A DNA stretch of 55,471 nucleotides, taken from an uncultured Candidatus Saccharibacteria bacterium. GTDB taxonomy: Bacteria > Patescibacteriota > Saccharimonadia > Saccharimonadales > CAZPPF01. The stretch spans positions 1 through 55,471 of the forward strand of contig CAZPPF010000003.1 of the NCBI GenBank assembly GCA_964588395.1. The letters run 5' to 3'. Of the stretch, positions 31,828 through 42,577 are shown one piece after another; the stretch's first letter is position 1; every line of letters begins with the position of its first letter. The translations under genes were made by a program, and so were the position numbers. The notes below the pieces were generated by a model. It was not told where the DNA came from. It was given only the letters and a program-made list of their open reading frames with translations, and made no database searches.

Positions 31828-32840
31828 GCGGTTTGGCTGCCCACCAAAAGTGTTACACCGTTGTAGCTGGTCGAAAGAATTTGTTGCTCGGACTTACTTT
31901 TCGAAGAATCGAACACTTGTTTGACGTCTTTTTGGTAGGTGGCTAAGCTTTTGTCGAGCAATTGTAGAAACACTTCATCAAATTTATTGTTCAAATTGGC
32001 GGTATTCAGTTGGTTGTCGGTGCTGCTGTCTTGCTTGAACGCAAGCTCCTTGGGCTTAAGCTTATGACCCTGCTTGGCAAGCAGTGCCAATGTATCTGTC
32101 TGAGAGCTCCTTAGAGAGAAAGAGGTAATTGTGGCTAGATTTTTTGCATCCGCCGTGCGGGCCTTACTAATACCAATATCTGCCACCCGGATAAGCTCGT
32201 TCTGCTCTTGGGCGAGACTAACCAGGTTCTGGGTGCCTGTCTTGCCGCTACTAGTCACCACGGCCCCGATAATGATCAACAGAGAGAGCAGTACCCCTCC
32301 GATAATTGCTACAAAGAGGATCCGAGACTTTTTGGAGCCACCAAAATTAAATTTTCCAGTGGGTTTCTGCGGATTTTGCATGATAAAGTCATACGGCGTT
32401 TGAGTAGTCGAAGACATGTCTACTGGCGGCGGGGCAGGAGCGGGAGCATTTTTTTGTTCGGAATATTGTGGTGAATAAGATAAACTCCCACGCTTACTGG
32501 CGCCTACATCCACATTAAACTGCTCGCCAAAAGCTGAGTGGTCACGCCGCATCAGGTTAGGTGCTGGTGCTCGCTCTTGAGCAACACGGGGTGTACCTGG
32601 GTCCAGCGAATTCAGTCCAGCTTGGGTCTGCCGTTCCATGTATGGGGCGATGTATTCCTGCATGTGCGCTGGCATAGATTTTTTCATATAGCTGGCCATT
32701 TCCTGGGCGGCCTTTTGCGGAATATAGGTATTTCCGCCCTGGTATTTCTGCAAACTGGCGGGCATCTGCTGCAAGTGCTGGTCCATTTGCCGCTGAATCC
32801 CGGCGGGAATGTAACCGAATTTGTCCTGAGCCATAAGCAT
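31815..32840 (-). CDS. Hypothetical single-pass membrane protein
   Basis: 341-aa ORF with a Met/Gln-rich N-terminus, a central TM (ILFVAIIGGVLLSLLIIIGAVV) and a helical C-terminal domain. Confidence 0.6.
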   Translation of the reverse strand: MLMAQDKFGYIPAGIQRQMDQHLQQMPASLQKYQGGNTYIPQKAAQEMASYMKKSMPAHMQEYIAPYMERQTQAGLNSLDPGTPRVAQERAPAPNLMRRDHSAFGEQFNVDVGASKRGSLSYSPQYSEQKNAPAPAPPPVDMSSTTQTPYDFIMQNPQKPTGKFNFGGSKKSRILFVAIIGGVLLSLLIIIGAVVTSSGKTGTQNLVSLAQEQNELIRVADIGISKARTADAKNLATITSFSLRSSQTDTLALLAKQGHKLKPKELAFKQDSSTDNQLNTANLNNKFDEVFLQLLDKSLATYQKDVKQVFDSSKSKSEQQILSTSYNGVTLLVGSQTAQSN

Positions 32841-32904
32841 AATGATAACGGTTTTAGGGGTCAGGGTCTATAGAAGAGAAGAGCAGACAGAGCATAAGGA
32901 CTTA

Positions 32905-32929
32905 GGGATTAGCTAATCCCCGCTATACT
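32905..32929 (+). promoter_or_regulatory. 16-bp perfect palindrome abutting the dnaG -10 box
   Basis: GGGATTAGCTAATCCC (32905-32920) is its own reverse complement. TATACT (32924-32929) follows 3 nt later, and the dnaG ATG is 6 nt beyond that. Confidence 0.4.
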
Positions 32930-32935
32930 AGAGTT

Positions 32936-34696
32936 ATGGATGCAGTAGAGGATATAAAGAGTCGGTTAGCAATTGAGGATGTGATTGGGCGTTATGTGGA
33001 GCTGAAGCGGGCGGGGCGGAATTTTCGTGGCTTGAGCCCTTTTAGTAGCGAAAAAACACCAAGTTTTATGGTTAGTCCCGAAAAACAGATTTGGCATGAC
33101 TTTTCCAGTGGCAAAGGTGGTAATATGTTTAGCTTTGTCATGGAAATGGAAGGCGTGGACTTTAAGGGGGCGTTGGAGCTGCTGGCCAGACAAGCTGGCG
33201 TGGATCTGAGCCAATATCGCACGGGTTTTGATGCTGAACGTGGCAAGGAAAAAGAGCGGCTGTATGAAGCTACGGAGCTAGCAACTAAGTTTTATCAGAT
33301 TCACTTCAGCAAAACTCCTGAAGCATATGAATATATCCTAAAAAAACGGGGCTATACCAAGCAAACCGCCTTAGATTTCCGAATTGGCTATTCACCAAGT
33401 GGCGATGCTGATTTGAGCAAATTTTTGATCAAAAAAGGCTTTAGCGAGCATGAAATCCAACGAGCCGGTCTGGCCAGCAAACGCTACCGTGACCTACGTG
33501 ATATGTTCCGCGGGCGAATCATGATTCCGTTACAAGACCAGCAGGGCAGAGTGATCGGATTTACCGCACGGCTGCTACGGGACGAACCAAATGCACCCAA
33601 GTACATCAACACTCCGCAGACACCGCTCTACGACAAAAGCCGGCATGTGTTTGGGCTACATTTGGCCAAAGAAGCCATTCGCAAGAGTAACTACGCGGTA
33701 GTAGTAGAAGGCAACATGGACGTGATTGCCAGCCATCAAGCAGGTGTGCTACAAACAGTAGCGACAGCCGGCACGGCTATGACCGAGCAACACCTGAAGA
33801 TTCTGGGACGCTTTACACATGATGTGCGCCTTGCCTTTGACCAAGACAGTGCCGGTCTGCAGGCGACCGAACGAGCCATTCCATTGGCAGCCAAGGCCGA
33901 CATCTCCTTGAGCATTATTACGGTTCCGGGTAGCAAGGATCCCGATGAACTTATCCAAAAAGACCCCAAGGCTTGGGAAAAAGTCATCACCCAGCCGCAA
34001 TACGCACTGGACTGGCTGATAGAGCGCTACCAAAAGGTGTTAGACATTAATTCTGCTCAAGGCAAGCGCCAGTTCAGCGATATTTTGCTCAAAGTTATAA
34101 AAGGGCTGACCGACAGCGTCGAACAGGACCACTACATTACTCAAATTGCTGAATTAATTGGCGTAAGTCCTGACGCACTGCGTTCCAAGCTCAATCAAAC
34201 AGGCCAAGAGCGCAAAATAATGCGCAAAACTGCCGAACAGCCCAAACTTGATCCCATGCGAGTAGAACAAATTAAGACGCAAAACCAGATTATGGCGCTA
34301 CTTTTACTGGTTCCCAAAGTTCGCCCAGAGATTATTAAAGTCTCAAACGATATGCTGCCCGAAAAGCAGGCACAGGAATTGCTGGCATTTTTGCAAAAAC
34401 ACCCCGAATTCAACATCAAAAAAGATCAGAAAAAAATCCCGCCTACCTCTAGCGATTATGTGAAAATTCTGTTATTATTATATGAGCAACTCTATCAGGG
34501 TCTCGAGACATTGGAGCTTCGCTACGAAGCCGCTCGGTTGCAGGCCCGGCTGATAGACCACTATGTAAAAGTCAAAAAGGGCGAGCTCTCGGCGCAGATG
34601 CACGATGCAGATGAAACGCAGATGGACGCCCTACTCAAAGAGGCTAAAGCTCTCGACATATTATTAAGAAGTACAAAGGAGGCCATAAGTGGCTAA
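32936..34696 (+). CDS. dnaG: DNA primase
   Basis: The TOPRIM region has [11 protein letters not shown] and [13 protein letters not shown]. The N-terminal ZBD-like segment [30 protein letters not shown] lacks the Cys/His ligands. The gene sits immediately upstream of rpoD. Confidence 0.9.
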   Translation: MDAVEDIKSRLAIEDVIGRYVELKRAGRNFRGLSPFSSEKTPSFMVSPEKQIWHDFSSGKGGNMFSFVMEMEGVDFKGALELLARQAGVDLSQYRTGFDAERGKEKERLYEATELATKFYQIHFSKTPEAYEYILKKRGYTKQTALDFRIGYSPSGDADLSKFLIKKGFSEHEIQRAGLASKRYRDLRDMFRGRIMIPLQDQQGRVIGFTARLLRDEPNAPKYINTPQTPLYDKSRHVFGLHLAKEAIRKSNYAVVVEGNMDVIASHQAGVLQTVATAGTAMTEQHLKILGRFTHDVRLAFDQDSAGLQATERAIPLAAKADISLSIITVPGSKDPDELIQKDPKAWEKVITQPQYALDWLIERYQKVLDINSAQGKRQFSDILLKVIKGLTDSVEQDHYITQIAELIGVSPDALRSKLNQTGQERKIMRKTAEQPKLDPMRVEQIKTQNQIMALLLLVPKVRPEIIKVSNDMLPEKQAQELLAFLQKHPEFNIKKDQKKIPPTSSDYVKILLLLYEQLYQGLETLELRYEAARLQARLIDHYVKVKKGELSAQMHDADETQMDALLKEAKALDILLRSTKEAISG

Positions 34697-35828
34697 AGCT
34701 AAAGATGAAGACAATACGGTGGAAGAAAACATCGTAGACCCAGTGCTCGACAAAGCACGTAAGGATCTGTTTGCCAAAGCAAAAAAAGACGGAAAAATTG
34801 ATCAACGTGATATTTTTAGTGCTATTGCTGATACTCCCGAGAATGTAGATATTCTGGATGTACTTTATACCGAACTAGCTGATGCTGAAATTCCTATAAC
34901 CAGCGCCACCGATCCTAAAACTGGTGAATTTACGGATGAGTGGGTTGCCGAAGACGACGAAGAAATTAAGCTCGATGAGCAAGTTTATCTGGATGACATT
35001 GCTGACGACTCAGTGCGTTTGTATCTGAGGGAAATTGGTAAAATTCCACTGCTGAACGCTGAGGAAGAACTGGCCTTGGCCCAGAAAGTGGTGGCCGGAG
35101 ACAAACGAGCTAAGGACAAAATGGCCGAGGCCAACATGCGTCTGGTTGTTTCGATTGCCAAGCGCTACGTGGGCCGTGGCCTGGACTTACTGGACCTGAT
35201 TCAAGAGGGAAATACCGGCTTACTACGCGCCGTGGAGAAATTCGATCCGGATAAAGGCTTTAAATTTTCTACCTATGCAACTTGGTGGATTCGTCAGGCC
35301 ATTACTCGCGCCATAGCTGACCAGGCTCGTACCATTCGTATTCCGGTTCACATGGTGGAGACCATCAACAAATTGCTTCGTACTCAGCGTCGCCTGACCC
35401 AGGAACTCAACCGCGAACCAACCAACGAAGAAATTGCCGAAGCCATGGAGATAGATGTCGACAAAGTTGAGCACATCATGAAGATTAAGCAGGATATCTC
35501 GTCCTTGGACGCTTCAGTTCGTGACGATGAAGAGGATTCGGTTCTGGGAGATTTCATTGAAGATGAGGACACCGTAAGTCCAGAAGAATCTGCTACCACT
35601 CAGCTCCTGAAAGAACACGTCAAAGATATGCTGGGCGCACTAACAGAACGCGAGCAGAAGATACTCAAGCTGCGCTTTGGCCTGGAGGATGGCAAGAGTC
35701 ATACGCTTGAAGAAGTAGGGCAGGAGTTCAACGTAACCCGCGAGCGCATCAGGCAAATTGAGGCCAAAGCGCTGGCTAAGCTTCGCAAACACCGCGACGC
35801 CCGCAAACTACACGACTACATTAAGTAA
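34689..35828 (+). CDS. rpoD: RNA polymerase sigma factor, primary (RpoD-type)
   Basis: [72 protein letters not shown], and region 4 [17 protein letters not shown] follows AAGGAGG. It is in the dnaG-rpoD context. Confidence 0.9.
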   Translation: MAKAKDEDNTVEENIVDPVLDKARKDLFAKAKKDGKIDQRDIFSAIADTPENVDILDVLYTELADAEIPITSATDPKTGEFTDEWVAEDDEEIKLDEQVYLDDIADDSVRLYLREIGKIPLLNAEEELALAQKVVAGDKRAKDKMAEANMRLVVSIAKRYVGRGLDLLDLIQEGNTGLLRAVEKFDPDKGFKFSTYATWWIRQAITRAIADQARTIRIPVHMVETINKLLRTQRRLTQELNREPTNEEIAEAMEIDVDKVEHIMKIKQDISSLDASVRDDEEDSVLGDFIEDEDTVSPEESATTQLLKEHVKDMLGALTEREQKILKLRFGLEDGKSHTLEEVGQEFNVTRERIRQIEAKALAKLRKHRDARKLHDYIK

Positions 35829-35830
35829 TA

Positions 35831-35859
35831 TTGACTGAATATTAGAAATATAGTATAAT
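35831..35859 (+). promoter_or_regulatory. Near-consensus sigma-70 promoter
   Basis: TTGACT (35831-35836), 17-nt spacer, TATAAT (35854-35859). The downstream ATG is 10 nt away and has no SD. Confidence 0.6.
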
Positions 35860-35869
35860 AACTGCAATT

Positions 35870-36673
35870 ATGAGTGTCACTGGCTTTGCTCGCTATAGTT
35901 TTGAGCGCATTACAGCCTCTTCTTTGACGTGCCCTCCGGAACTCTTAGACAAAATCGACCGAAGTCATCAGAGTCTCGCTGTAAGGGGTCTGCATGCCAC
36001 TATTGTTAAATATGTGCGTAATCATCCGGAAGGCTGGAAGGCTGCCTACAACCGTTTTATGCTAGAACCAGGCTTTAGCTTGGTAGCAACGGGCTCAGAA
36101 CATACGGTGGTCACTGATGGTACAAATGCCCTAAAAATTGATAGAAAGTCACAAGCGATGAACGGTGCCGAAAAGAAGAGGAATCTACATAATAAATTGC
36201 AGCAATTTGGCACTGTACAGCGCTATTTAGGAGAGTATACCTTACCACAAACAACCGCGATTGAACCTACGCCATACCGGCAAAGGGCTGAAGCAGTCAT
36301 AACCACTCAACCTTTAGTAGAAACGATAGTTAGTGATCTTGTTCATCAGGACCAAGAACAGACCCTCAAAAGGTTAGTTGAACAAGGTATTAAGCCCACA
36401 AAAATTGGCGAAGCTCTCATAAACTTTTGCGAACAAAGTGCAATCTTGCTAGACAATGAAGCACTGGGACCAGATATTGGCGGGCGAGGCAATCTGGCAG
36501 TAGATATGAGAGGTAGCCTTGTGCTTATTGACGCTTATCCATCCGACGATGAACTTCGTAATCGAGAATCTCCACGGTTTGACTACACTACAATCGGCGA
36601 AGAGCACGCAGATTTACTGAGAGGACTGTATCAATTTGGTGCTGATTTACAGTCTGAAATAGTAGCGGCTTAA
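35870..36673 (+). CDS. Hypothetical protein, possibly an atypical kinase-like fold (YrbL-like)
   Basis: GSEHTVVTDGTNALKID (Gly-rich turn followed by Lys) and PDIGGRGNLAVDMRGSLVLIDAYP (D..N catalytic-loop-like, then xIDA). This is motif-level resemblance only. Confidence 0.55.
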   Translation: MSVTGFARYSFERITASSLTCPPELLDKIDRSHQSLAVRGLHATIVKYVRNHPEGWKAAYNRFMLEPGFSLVATGSEHTVVTDGTNALKIDRKSQAMNGAEKKRNLHNKLQQFGTVQRYLGEYTLPQTTAIEPTPYRQRAEAVITTQPLVETIVSDLVHQDQEQTLKRLVEQGIKPTKIGEALINFCEQSAILLDNEALGPDIGGRGNLAVDMRGSLVLIDAYPSDDELRNRESPRFDYTTIGEEHADLLRGLYQFGADLQSEIVAA

Positions 36674-36675
36674 AA

Positions 36676-37236
36676 CTAAAAGTTTATTTCGGCGAGGATT
36701 TGGTCAAGTTTTTTGATCATATCCTGGGGATTGCCATCGTTAACGATAGTGTAATCGGCGTTGGCAATAGGCCCACCTTTTTCGATGTTTTCAATCTCTG
36801 CATATTCGCGCGAAGTTACTTCATCGTCGGTGAAGGGACGAATTGGTCGATGGGTGAGGCGGTCATGTCGCAAATGCCTGGGCGCCGCTATGGCAATAAC
36901 TGTCACGTTCTTGCCGTAGCGGTCTTTGAAAATTTTGTATTCAGTCCAACTGTACAGGCCGTCAGCTACCACCTTTTGGTGGCCCTCGGCAACCAAATCA
37001 TCAATTTTATTGATAATACGCTCGGCCATAACGCCAAGACCTTCATTTGCCCGTAGTTCCTCACGCACCGTTTTTTCGTTCATTTCGTTGACTTCCATGC
37101 CACGAGCTTTGACTTCATCGACAGTAATGCCACCAAAATATACCGAGGGGATGCCTTTTTCTACCAGGTAATCCACGCAATAACTCTTACCAGCACCTGG
37201 CATGCCAACGAAAGCAATAACTTTTATTTGGTCCAT
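36676..37236 (-). CDS. P-loop nucleotide/nucleoside kinase family protein
   Basis: VIAFVGMPGAGKSY Walker A at the N-terminus. The size of about 186 aa is typical of small kinases such as dephospho-CoA or adenylate kinase. ATG at 37236 with TACAAT (37249-37244) 7 nt upstream. Confidence 0.7.
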   Translation of the reverse strand: MDQIKVIAFVGMPGAGKSYCVDYLVEKGIPSVYFGGITVDEVKARGMEVNEMNEKTVREELRANEGLGVMAERIINKIDDLVAEGHQKVVADGLYSWTEYKIFKDRYGKNVTVIAIAAPRHLRHDRLTHRPIRPFTDDEVTSREYAEIENIEKGGPIANADYTIVNDGNPQDMIKKLDQILAEINF

Positions 37237-37331
37237 TACCTGTATTGTACTAAATAAACCGAGAACTAAAAATTGTAAATCCTTAATATATATGTTATAA
37301 ATTATCACACAACAACAGGTGCAGGATTGAG

Positions 37332-38423
37332 ATGATAGAAGCATTGCCAACTACAATTGAAAGAGATGGATTGACCGCCCAAACAGCCGAACTTCCAGAG
37401 GGATTTGAGGTAATTTACACGCAACGAAATGAGGGGGTTACTCCAGCTTTGGCTGGTCAATTTGATAGTCGGGCTGATGAAATATATACCGGACTTGACC
37501 CAAAAACAGTATTTTTCCCGCAGGCTAACATGTCGCGGTTTCCTTATTCAGAATATCCACGAGATGAGGTTGAAGCGGTAGGTAATGCGCTGAACACGCA
37601 TGGCGCTCAGAGCCTGGAGGTAGCCAGAAAAGCCTTTGCGCTTGAAAATCTCAAGTGGCTAGGTTTAGCGAGCAAAGCCGACTATGTGGTTATGTACAAT
37701 AGCGAAGAAATTGATGCGGGTGGCAGGGACCCGATTTATAATGATGAACGTAATTTTGTGCGTTTTCCTGCAACTGATATAGCGGTCGTTGGGCCTAAGA
37801 GTGATGAAGATAGTTCATTAACTTTGGCAATGGGTGTAGCAGATTGCCTTGCAATACCGATTGTCGACACTACCACAGAAGCCTTTGGATACGCGCATGC
37901 AGGACGCCCTGGAACAGGCTTGCGAACTTCACAGCGAACAGTTGAAGTACTTCGTGAACGGTTTGAGACAAACCCCAGAAACATAGTAGCCCACCTTGGC
38001 GAGGGAGTCTGTAAAGCATGCTACATGGTTAATGAAGAAACGTACGATGCTTTTGCAACAGATTTTGGAGGAAAAGCCGAAGTAGGCAAGGTACTAAATC
38101 AGTATCCCCAAGCCTTAGCATTTGATAGGCTAAATGGTGAGTTACAAATAGGCATTGATCTCTATGCTTTTAATAAGTACATGTTGGCTGATAGCGGAGT
38201 AGGTGAAATATCAGTTGCAGTGAATTGCACAGCTAGAAATTCTACAAGTTGTGTTTCAGTAAAAAATGGAGAAGTACCCTCCGAAAGTAAACAGCAATTT
38301 TACTCTCACGAACGTGCAAAGGGCAAAATAGTTGGTTGGTTGGCAAAAAATGGCAACCTACTTGAATTTAATACCTATGATCTAACAACTCCACGTAACC
38401 TGGCGGCGTTAACCAGACGTTAG
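37332..38423 (+). CDS. YfiH/PgeF (DUF152, laccase-domain) family protein with insertions
   Basis: GVADCLAIPIV...GYAHAGRPG ... HLGEGVCKACYMV ... FYSHERAK match the family's C/H/H signature blocks. At 363 aa it is about 100 aa longer than usual. Confidence 0.65.
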   Translation: MIEALPTTIERDGLTAQTAELPEGFEVIYTQRNEGVTPALAGQFDSRADEIYTGLDPKTVFFPQANMSRFPYSEYPRDEVEAVGNALNTHGAQSLEVARKAFALENLKWLGLASKADYVVMYNSEEIDAGGRDPIYNDERNFVRFPATDIAVVGPKSDEDSSLTLAMGVADCLAIPIVDTTTEAFGYAHAGRPGTGLRTSQRTVEVLRERFETNPRNIVAHLGEGVCKACYMVNEETYDAFATDFGGKAEVGKVLNQYPQALAFDRLNGELQIGIDLYAFNKYMLADSGVGEISVAVNCTARNSTSCVSVKNGEVPSESKQQFYSHERAKGKIVGWLAKNGNLLEFNTYDLTTPRNLAALTRR

Positions 38424-38424
38424 A

Positions 38425-41229
38425 CTAATTGTTTTGAAGTTCAGGATGCAAAGCGTGAACAGCATAACGGCTGTGCTGTGTGCTGTAGCGTTGAAATTCA
38501 CGAATAGCTAGGAAGATAACAGCTGCGCCAATGGCGAACCACCAGTCGATCCAGGAAAGCCCGCTGGCGCCAAAATAAGGCGCGATGAGTGGATTATAGA
38601 TGATATTCAGTACGCAGAATATCGAAAGCAGCATGGCTAACCACAGCTGCTTGTTATGAAACTGGTAACGCGTAAATAAGCCATGTCGGCTGCGTCTTTG
38701 CAGGATATTTCCTAACTGACAAAGCACGATGGTTAAGTACGTAATAGCAGTGGCCTTCATGGCAACCAAGCTTCCACCGCTCAGACCACGCGGGTTGATG
38801 TGAGCTCTGTGAAAAAACAAAATGTAGTTGATAAACGCCAAGCTTCCAATTAACAGACCACACCATAACAGATCAATAATTGAAGCTTGGTTCAGGATAT
38901 GTTTGTGCGGATCACGAGGTAACTCGTCCATTAGCTCGCCGTCAGCCTGGTCCCAGCCAAGTGCCGCAATAGGGAAGAGCTCAGCCACCAAGTCGATAGC
39001 TAGGATTTCCATGACTGTCAGTGCGAGCGGTAAATGAAATAGAGCAGCAGCTCCCAAACTAGCCAAATTGACCACCAGCTCAGCCGAGTTGGAGGTAAAG
39101 CAGCTCAGGGTACCTTTTTTGATGTTTTGAAACACTACACGGCCCTGTTGGATCGCGCCTACGAGCGTGTGGAAACTATCGTCTAGCAGCACAATTTCGG
39201 CTGATTGTTTGGCCACGTCGGTACCAGTTTTGCCCATGGCGACACCAATGTCGGCGCGTTTGAGAGCCGGCGCATCATTAATACCATCGCCGGTGACGGC
39301 CACCACATGCCCGTGACTTTTGGCTAGCTCCACAATACGCAATTTATCTTCCGGTGCCACGCGACTAAAAATAACGCCCCCACGGCTTACGAGTTGCAAG
39401 ACCTGCATATCACTGAGATCCCGGAGCTCCTCACCGCTAACCACCTTTATTTTCTCGGCTGAAGTAGCCAATTTGGCCTTGGCAGCAATAGCTTGGGCAG
39501 TCGCGGCAAAATCACCGGTAATAATGGATATTTTGATATGAGCTTTATGAGCTGCCAGCATAGCATCCGCAACTTCATCACGTAGCGGATCAAGCATCGA
39601 AACCATGCCTAAAAATGTCAGACCGGACTCAGCCTCTTCCATGGTGAGTTTTTTAAGATCAGTTTTGAGGGGCAGTATTTTATAGGCTAGAGCCAGATTA
39701 CGCATGGCAGCCTGGGCCTGTGTTTGATGATCTTTCAGCAAAAAATCTCTGGTGGCTTGGCTAAGCTTACGAATGTGGCCATGGTCCCAGATGTCATCCG
39801 AACGCTCTAGAATACTCTCTGGCGCGCCCTTGGCAAACAAGTACAAACGTTTGCCATCGCCCCAGGCACGGATAGAGCTCATGCGCTTGCGAGCTGAGTC
39901 AAAGGCGAATTCTTTGAGTTCGGGATATTGCTTGTCCAGATCCACAGGCTCCAGACCAGCTTTGCGGACGAGCGTAATCAGTGCACCTTCAGTAGGGTCG
40001 CCCAAGGTGTACCAAACGGCATGTTCATCATCGGGTGCATTAACCCGGGCGTTACTAGCAAAGGCGCTTGTGGCGAAAAAGAGTTCAAAGTTTTTGAGGA
40101 CATCACGCGATAGACCTTTTCCATCTTTTTCAATCGTGCCATTAGCTTCATAGCCGGTACCGCTGACTTCGTAGGCCGTTTTGCCAATCAAAATCCTCTC
40201 AACAGTCATCTCATTCTTGGTCAGCGTGCCGGTTTTGTCAGTGGCAATAATGTCCGTAGCACCCAACGTTTCAACTGCAGACAGTTTCTTGACCAAGGCG
40301 CGGGCTTTGGCTAGCTTATTTGCGGCTTGAGCTAGTGTGGTGTTAATTTCGGCAGGCAATCCCTGGGGAATAATGGAGCTGGCAATGCCAATGGCGTAGA
40401 GAAAAGCCACTTTGATTCCCAAATCAGCCTGGATAGCGATGGGGAGCAAGATAGCGCAGAGCACGACCGTACCATAGGTTACTTTTCTAGCGATATGGTT
40501 CATTTCTTTCTGTAGTGGGCTGGCATCGGCAGTGGTATCTTGGCTGAGGTTGGCAATGCGACCCAGTTCAGTCTGCATTCCAGTAGCAATGACTACACCA
40601 TAGCCATGGCCAGTTGCGACGGTTGTGCCCATAAAAATCAGGTTGTGACGGTTGGCTAGCTCAACATTACCTTGGATAGCATGGGTAAATTTGCGACTGG
40701 GATTTGATTCACCAGTCATCGCAAAGTCGTTGGTAGCCAGCTCCGACTCCTCGATTAATCTCAGATCGGCCGGAACGCTGTCGCCCTCTTCTATATAGAC
40801 CACATCACCCGGCACCAGCTCAGTGGATAATATTGCCTCCATATTACCACTGCGACGGACCTTAGCCTCTGGCACAACTAGTTTTTCAAGCGATTCCATA
40901 ATTCGCTCGGCTTTATACTCCTGAGTAAAGCCAATAATGGTATTGAAGGCTATCAAAGCCAGCAAAACGATTGCAGTTTTCGAATCATGTAGATAAAAGG
41001 CAACAGCGCTGCTAGCAAGCAGCAGAGCAATCATGCCATCTTTATACTGGCGGAGATATTTTAGTATCCAAGACTCTTTGTGTAGCTGTTCAAGCCGGTT
41101 TGGGCCGTACTGGCCTAAGCGCTTCCGTGCTTCGGTGCTGTCTAGGCCGCGCGAACTACTTTCCAGCTGTTTCAGGACTTCTGGGGCTGCCAACCGATAG
41201 GCTGGCAGGTGGTTTTTATCTTGAGCCAT
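38425..41229 (-). CDS. Cation-transporting P-type ATPase (P2/P3-like, Ca2+/Mg2+ type)
   Basis: MTGESNP, IATDKTGTLTKNEMTV, VTGDGINDAPALKRADIGVAMG and 10 predicted TM segments. The start is set at the ATG at 41229 (MAQDKNHL). Confidence 0.9.
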   Translation of the reverse strand: MAQDKNHLPAYRLAAPEVLKQLESSSRGLDSTEARKRLGQYGPNRLEQLHKESWILKYLRQYKDGMIALLLASSAVAFYLHDSKTAIVLLALIAFNTIIGFTQEYKAERIMESLEKLVVPEAKVRRSGNMEAILSTELVPGDVVYIEEGDSVPADLRLIEESELATNDFAMTGESNPSRKFTHAIQGNVELANRHNLIFMGTTVATGHGYGVVIATGMQTELGRIANLSQDTTADASPLQKEMNHIARKVTYGTVVLCAILLPIAIQADLGIKVAFLYAIGIASSIIPQGLPAEINTTLAQAANKLAKARALVKKLSAVETLGATDIIATDKTGTLTKNEMTVERILIGKTAYEVSGTGYEANGTIEKDGKGLSRDVLKNFELFFATSAFASNARVNAPDDEHAVWYTLGDPTEGALITLVRKAGLEPVDLDKQYPELKEFAFDSARKRMSSIRAWGDGKRLYLFAKGAPESILERSDDIWDHGHIRKLSQATRDFLLKDHQTQAQAAMRNLALAYKILPLKTDLKKLTMEEAESGLTFLGMVSMLDPLRDEVADAMLAAHKAHIKISIITGDFAATAQAIAAKAKLATSAEKIKVVSGEELRDLSDMQVLQLVSRGGVIFSRVAPEDKLRIVELAKSHGHVVAVTGDGINDAPALKRADIGVAMGKTGTDVAKQSAEIVLLDDSFHTLVGAIQQGRVVFQNIKKGTLSCFTSNSAELVVNLASLGAAALFHLPLALTVMEILAIDLVAELFPIAALGWDQADGELMDELPRDPHKHILNQASIIDLLWCGLLIGSLAFINYILFFHRAHINPRGLSGGSLVAMKATAITYLTIVLCQLGNILQRRSRHGLFTRYQFHNKQLWLAMLLSIFCVLNIIYNPLIAPYFGASGLSWIDWWFAIGAAVIFLAIREFQRYSTQHSRYAVHALHPELQNN

Positions 41230-41328
41230 ACATAAGCAGTATACCCCAGACAGAAGCCTTTTATTATAGTTATTGACAGAGAAATATAGTATTGAAAAAC
41301 ATACCAAAAACTGTCATTATAGTTTGTT

Positions 41329-42543
41329 ATGACTAGTGAAGTTTTCCCCGATTCTGACCCTCAAGCTAGTAGTGATCATGAGGAGTCTGAAGCAGTTGAT
41401 CAATCTTTAATAGTTGAGCTTGGTAAAGTAAGTTTACAGGAAGAGCAGGGGGATACAGAATTTTCTCAGCCACCATCAACCCCTACGTCCAGACGAAAAA
41501 TTAATACCTCTCGTAGTCGTATGCATCTCGAGACAACTGATGCAGTCGGATGGTACATGCAACATGCAAAGCAGTTCCCCTTACTTACCAAAGACCAAGA
41601 GATTACGTTATCACGGAGTATAACAGCGGGGAGGCAAGCCGGGCAAAAACTACTGGATGTGCAAGATACCATTTCTAATCCGGAGGAGCTAGAACACTTA
41701 CAGGATGCGCTTACTATAACCGTAGAAGGTGGAGAAGCCGCTTTCCAAACAATGATTCTTTCCAATTTACGATTGGTAGTTAGTATTAGTAAGCGTTTCT
41801 TGAATCGTGGACTGCCTCATGAAGATCTCATTAACGAGGGAAATTTTGGGTTAATAAGAGCTGTCGAAAAGTTTGATGCTGAACGGGGGTATAAGTTTTC
41901 CACCTATGCTACATGGTGGATTCGTCAGGCTATGACCCGCGCCATAGCAGACACCAGCCGTACCATACGAATACCCGTACATAGAGTAGAACAGATGTTG
42001 CGGGCACATAGAGAAAGACAAAATCTTACCGGAGTGTTGGGTAGAGATCCAACCGATCAGGAGGTTGCCGATTCTCTAGAAATTGAGGTACCCCAACTTC
42101 AGGAGTTGGATAAATTGTTCAGAACCCAAAGAATCATATCGATCGATCAAAAAGTGGGTGAAGATGAAGAAACTGATTTGAGTGCACTATTAGAGGACAA
42201 AACTGTCGAAGATCCTGCGAATACAATCGTAGAAAGTCAGGTCTGGGAAAGCCTTTTTCTTTTGCTTGATGAACTTAGTGAAAGAGAGCGAGAAGTATTA
42301 ATCTTGCGTTACGGGCTTTTTGGCAATTATCCCCATAAGCTCGAAGAAATTGGGTCACAGTTTGATGTGACTCGTGAACGGATTCGGCAAATTGAAGGCA
42401 AAGCCCTGGAGCGTCTTAGAGCAAGGCTCGGTATGTTCACGCCGCCGCCCAGTCGTTCTGATACGCAAAAAAGCATTCTGGAGTTATTAGGTGGAGACCG
42501 CAAACCAACCCTACCAAGAAAGAAACCACCAAAAGAAACTTGA
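41329..42543 (+). CDS. Sigma-70 family factor, RpoD-like paralog 2 (full regions 1.2-4)
   Basis: [78 protein letters not shown], and region 4 [14 protein letters not shown]. It has an acidic N-terminus and a basic Pro-rich tail. Confidence 0.85.
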   Translation: MTSEVFPDSDPQASSDHEESEAVDQSLIVELGKVSLQEEQGDTEFSQPPSTPTSRRKINTSRSRMHLETTDAVGWYMQHAKQFPLLTKDQEITLSRSITAGRQAGQKLLDVQDTISNPEELEHLQDALTITVEGGEAAFQTMILSNLRLVVSISKRFLNRGLPHEDLINEGNFGLIRAVEKFDAERGYKFSTYATWWIRQAMTRAIADTSRTIRIPVHRVEQMLRAHRERQNLTGVLGRDPTDQEVADSLEIEVPQLQELDKLFRTQRIISIDQKVGEDEETDLSALLEDKTVEDPANTIVESQVWESLFLLLDELSEREREVLILRYGLFGNYPHKLEEIGSQFDVTRERIRQIEGKALERLRARLGMFTPPPSRSDTQKSILELLGGDRKPTLPRKKPPKET

Positions 42544-42577
42544 TTTATTTCAACAAGTATGTTATTATAATTATACT

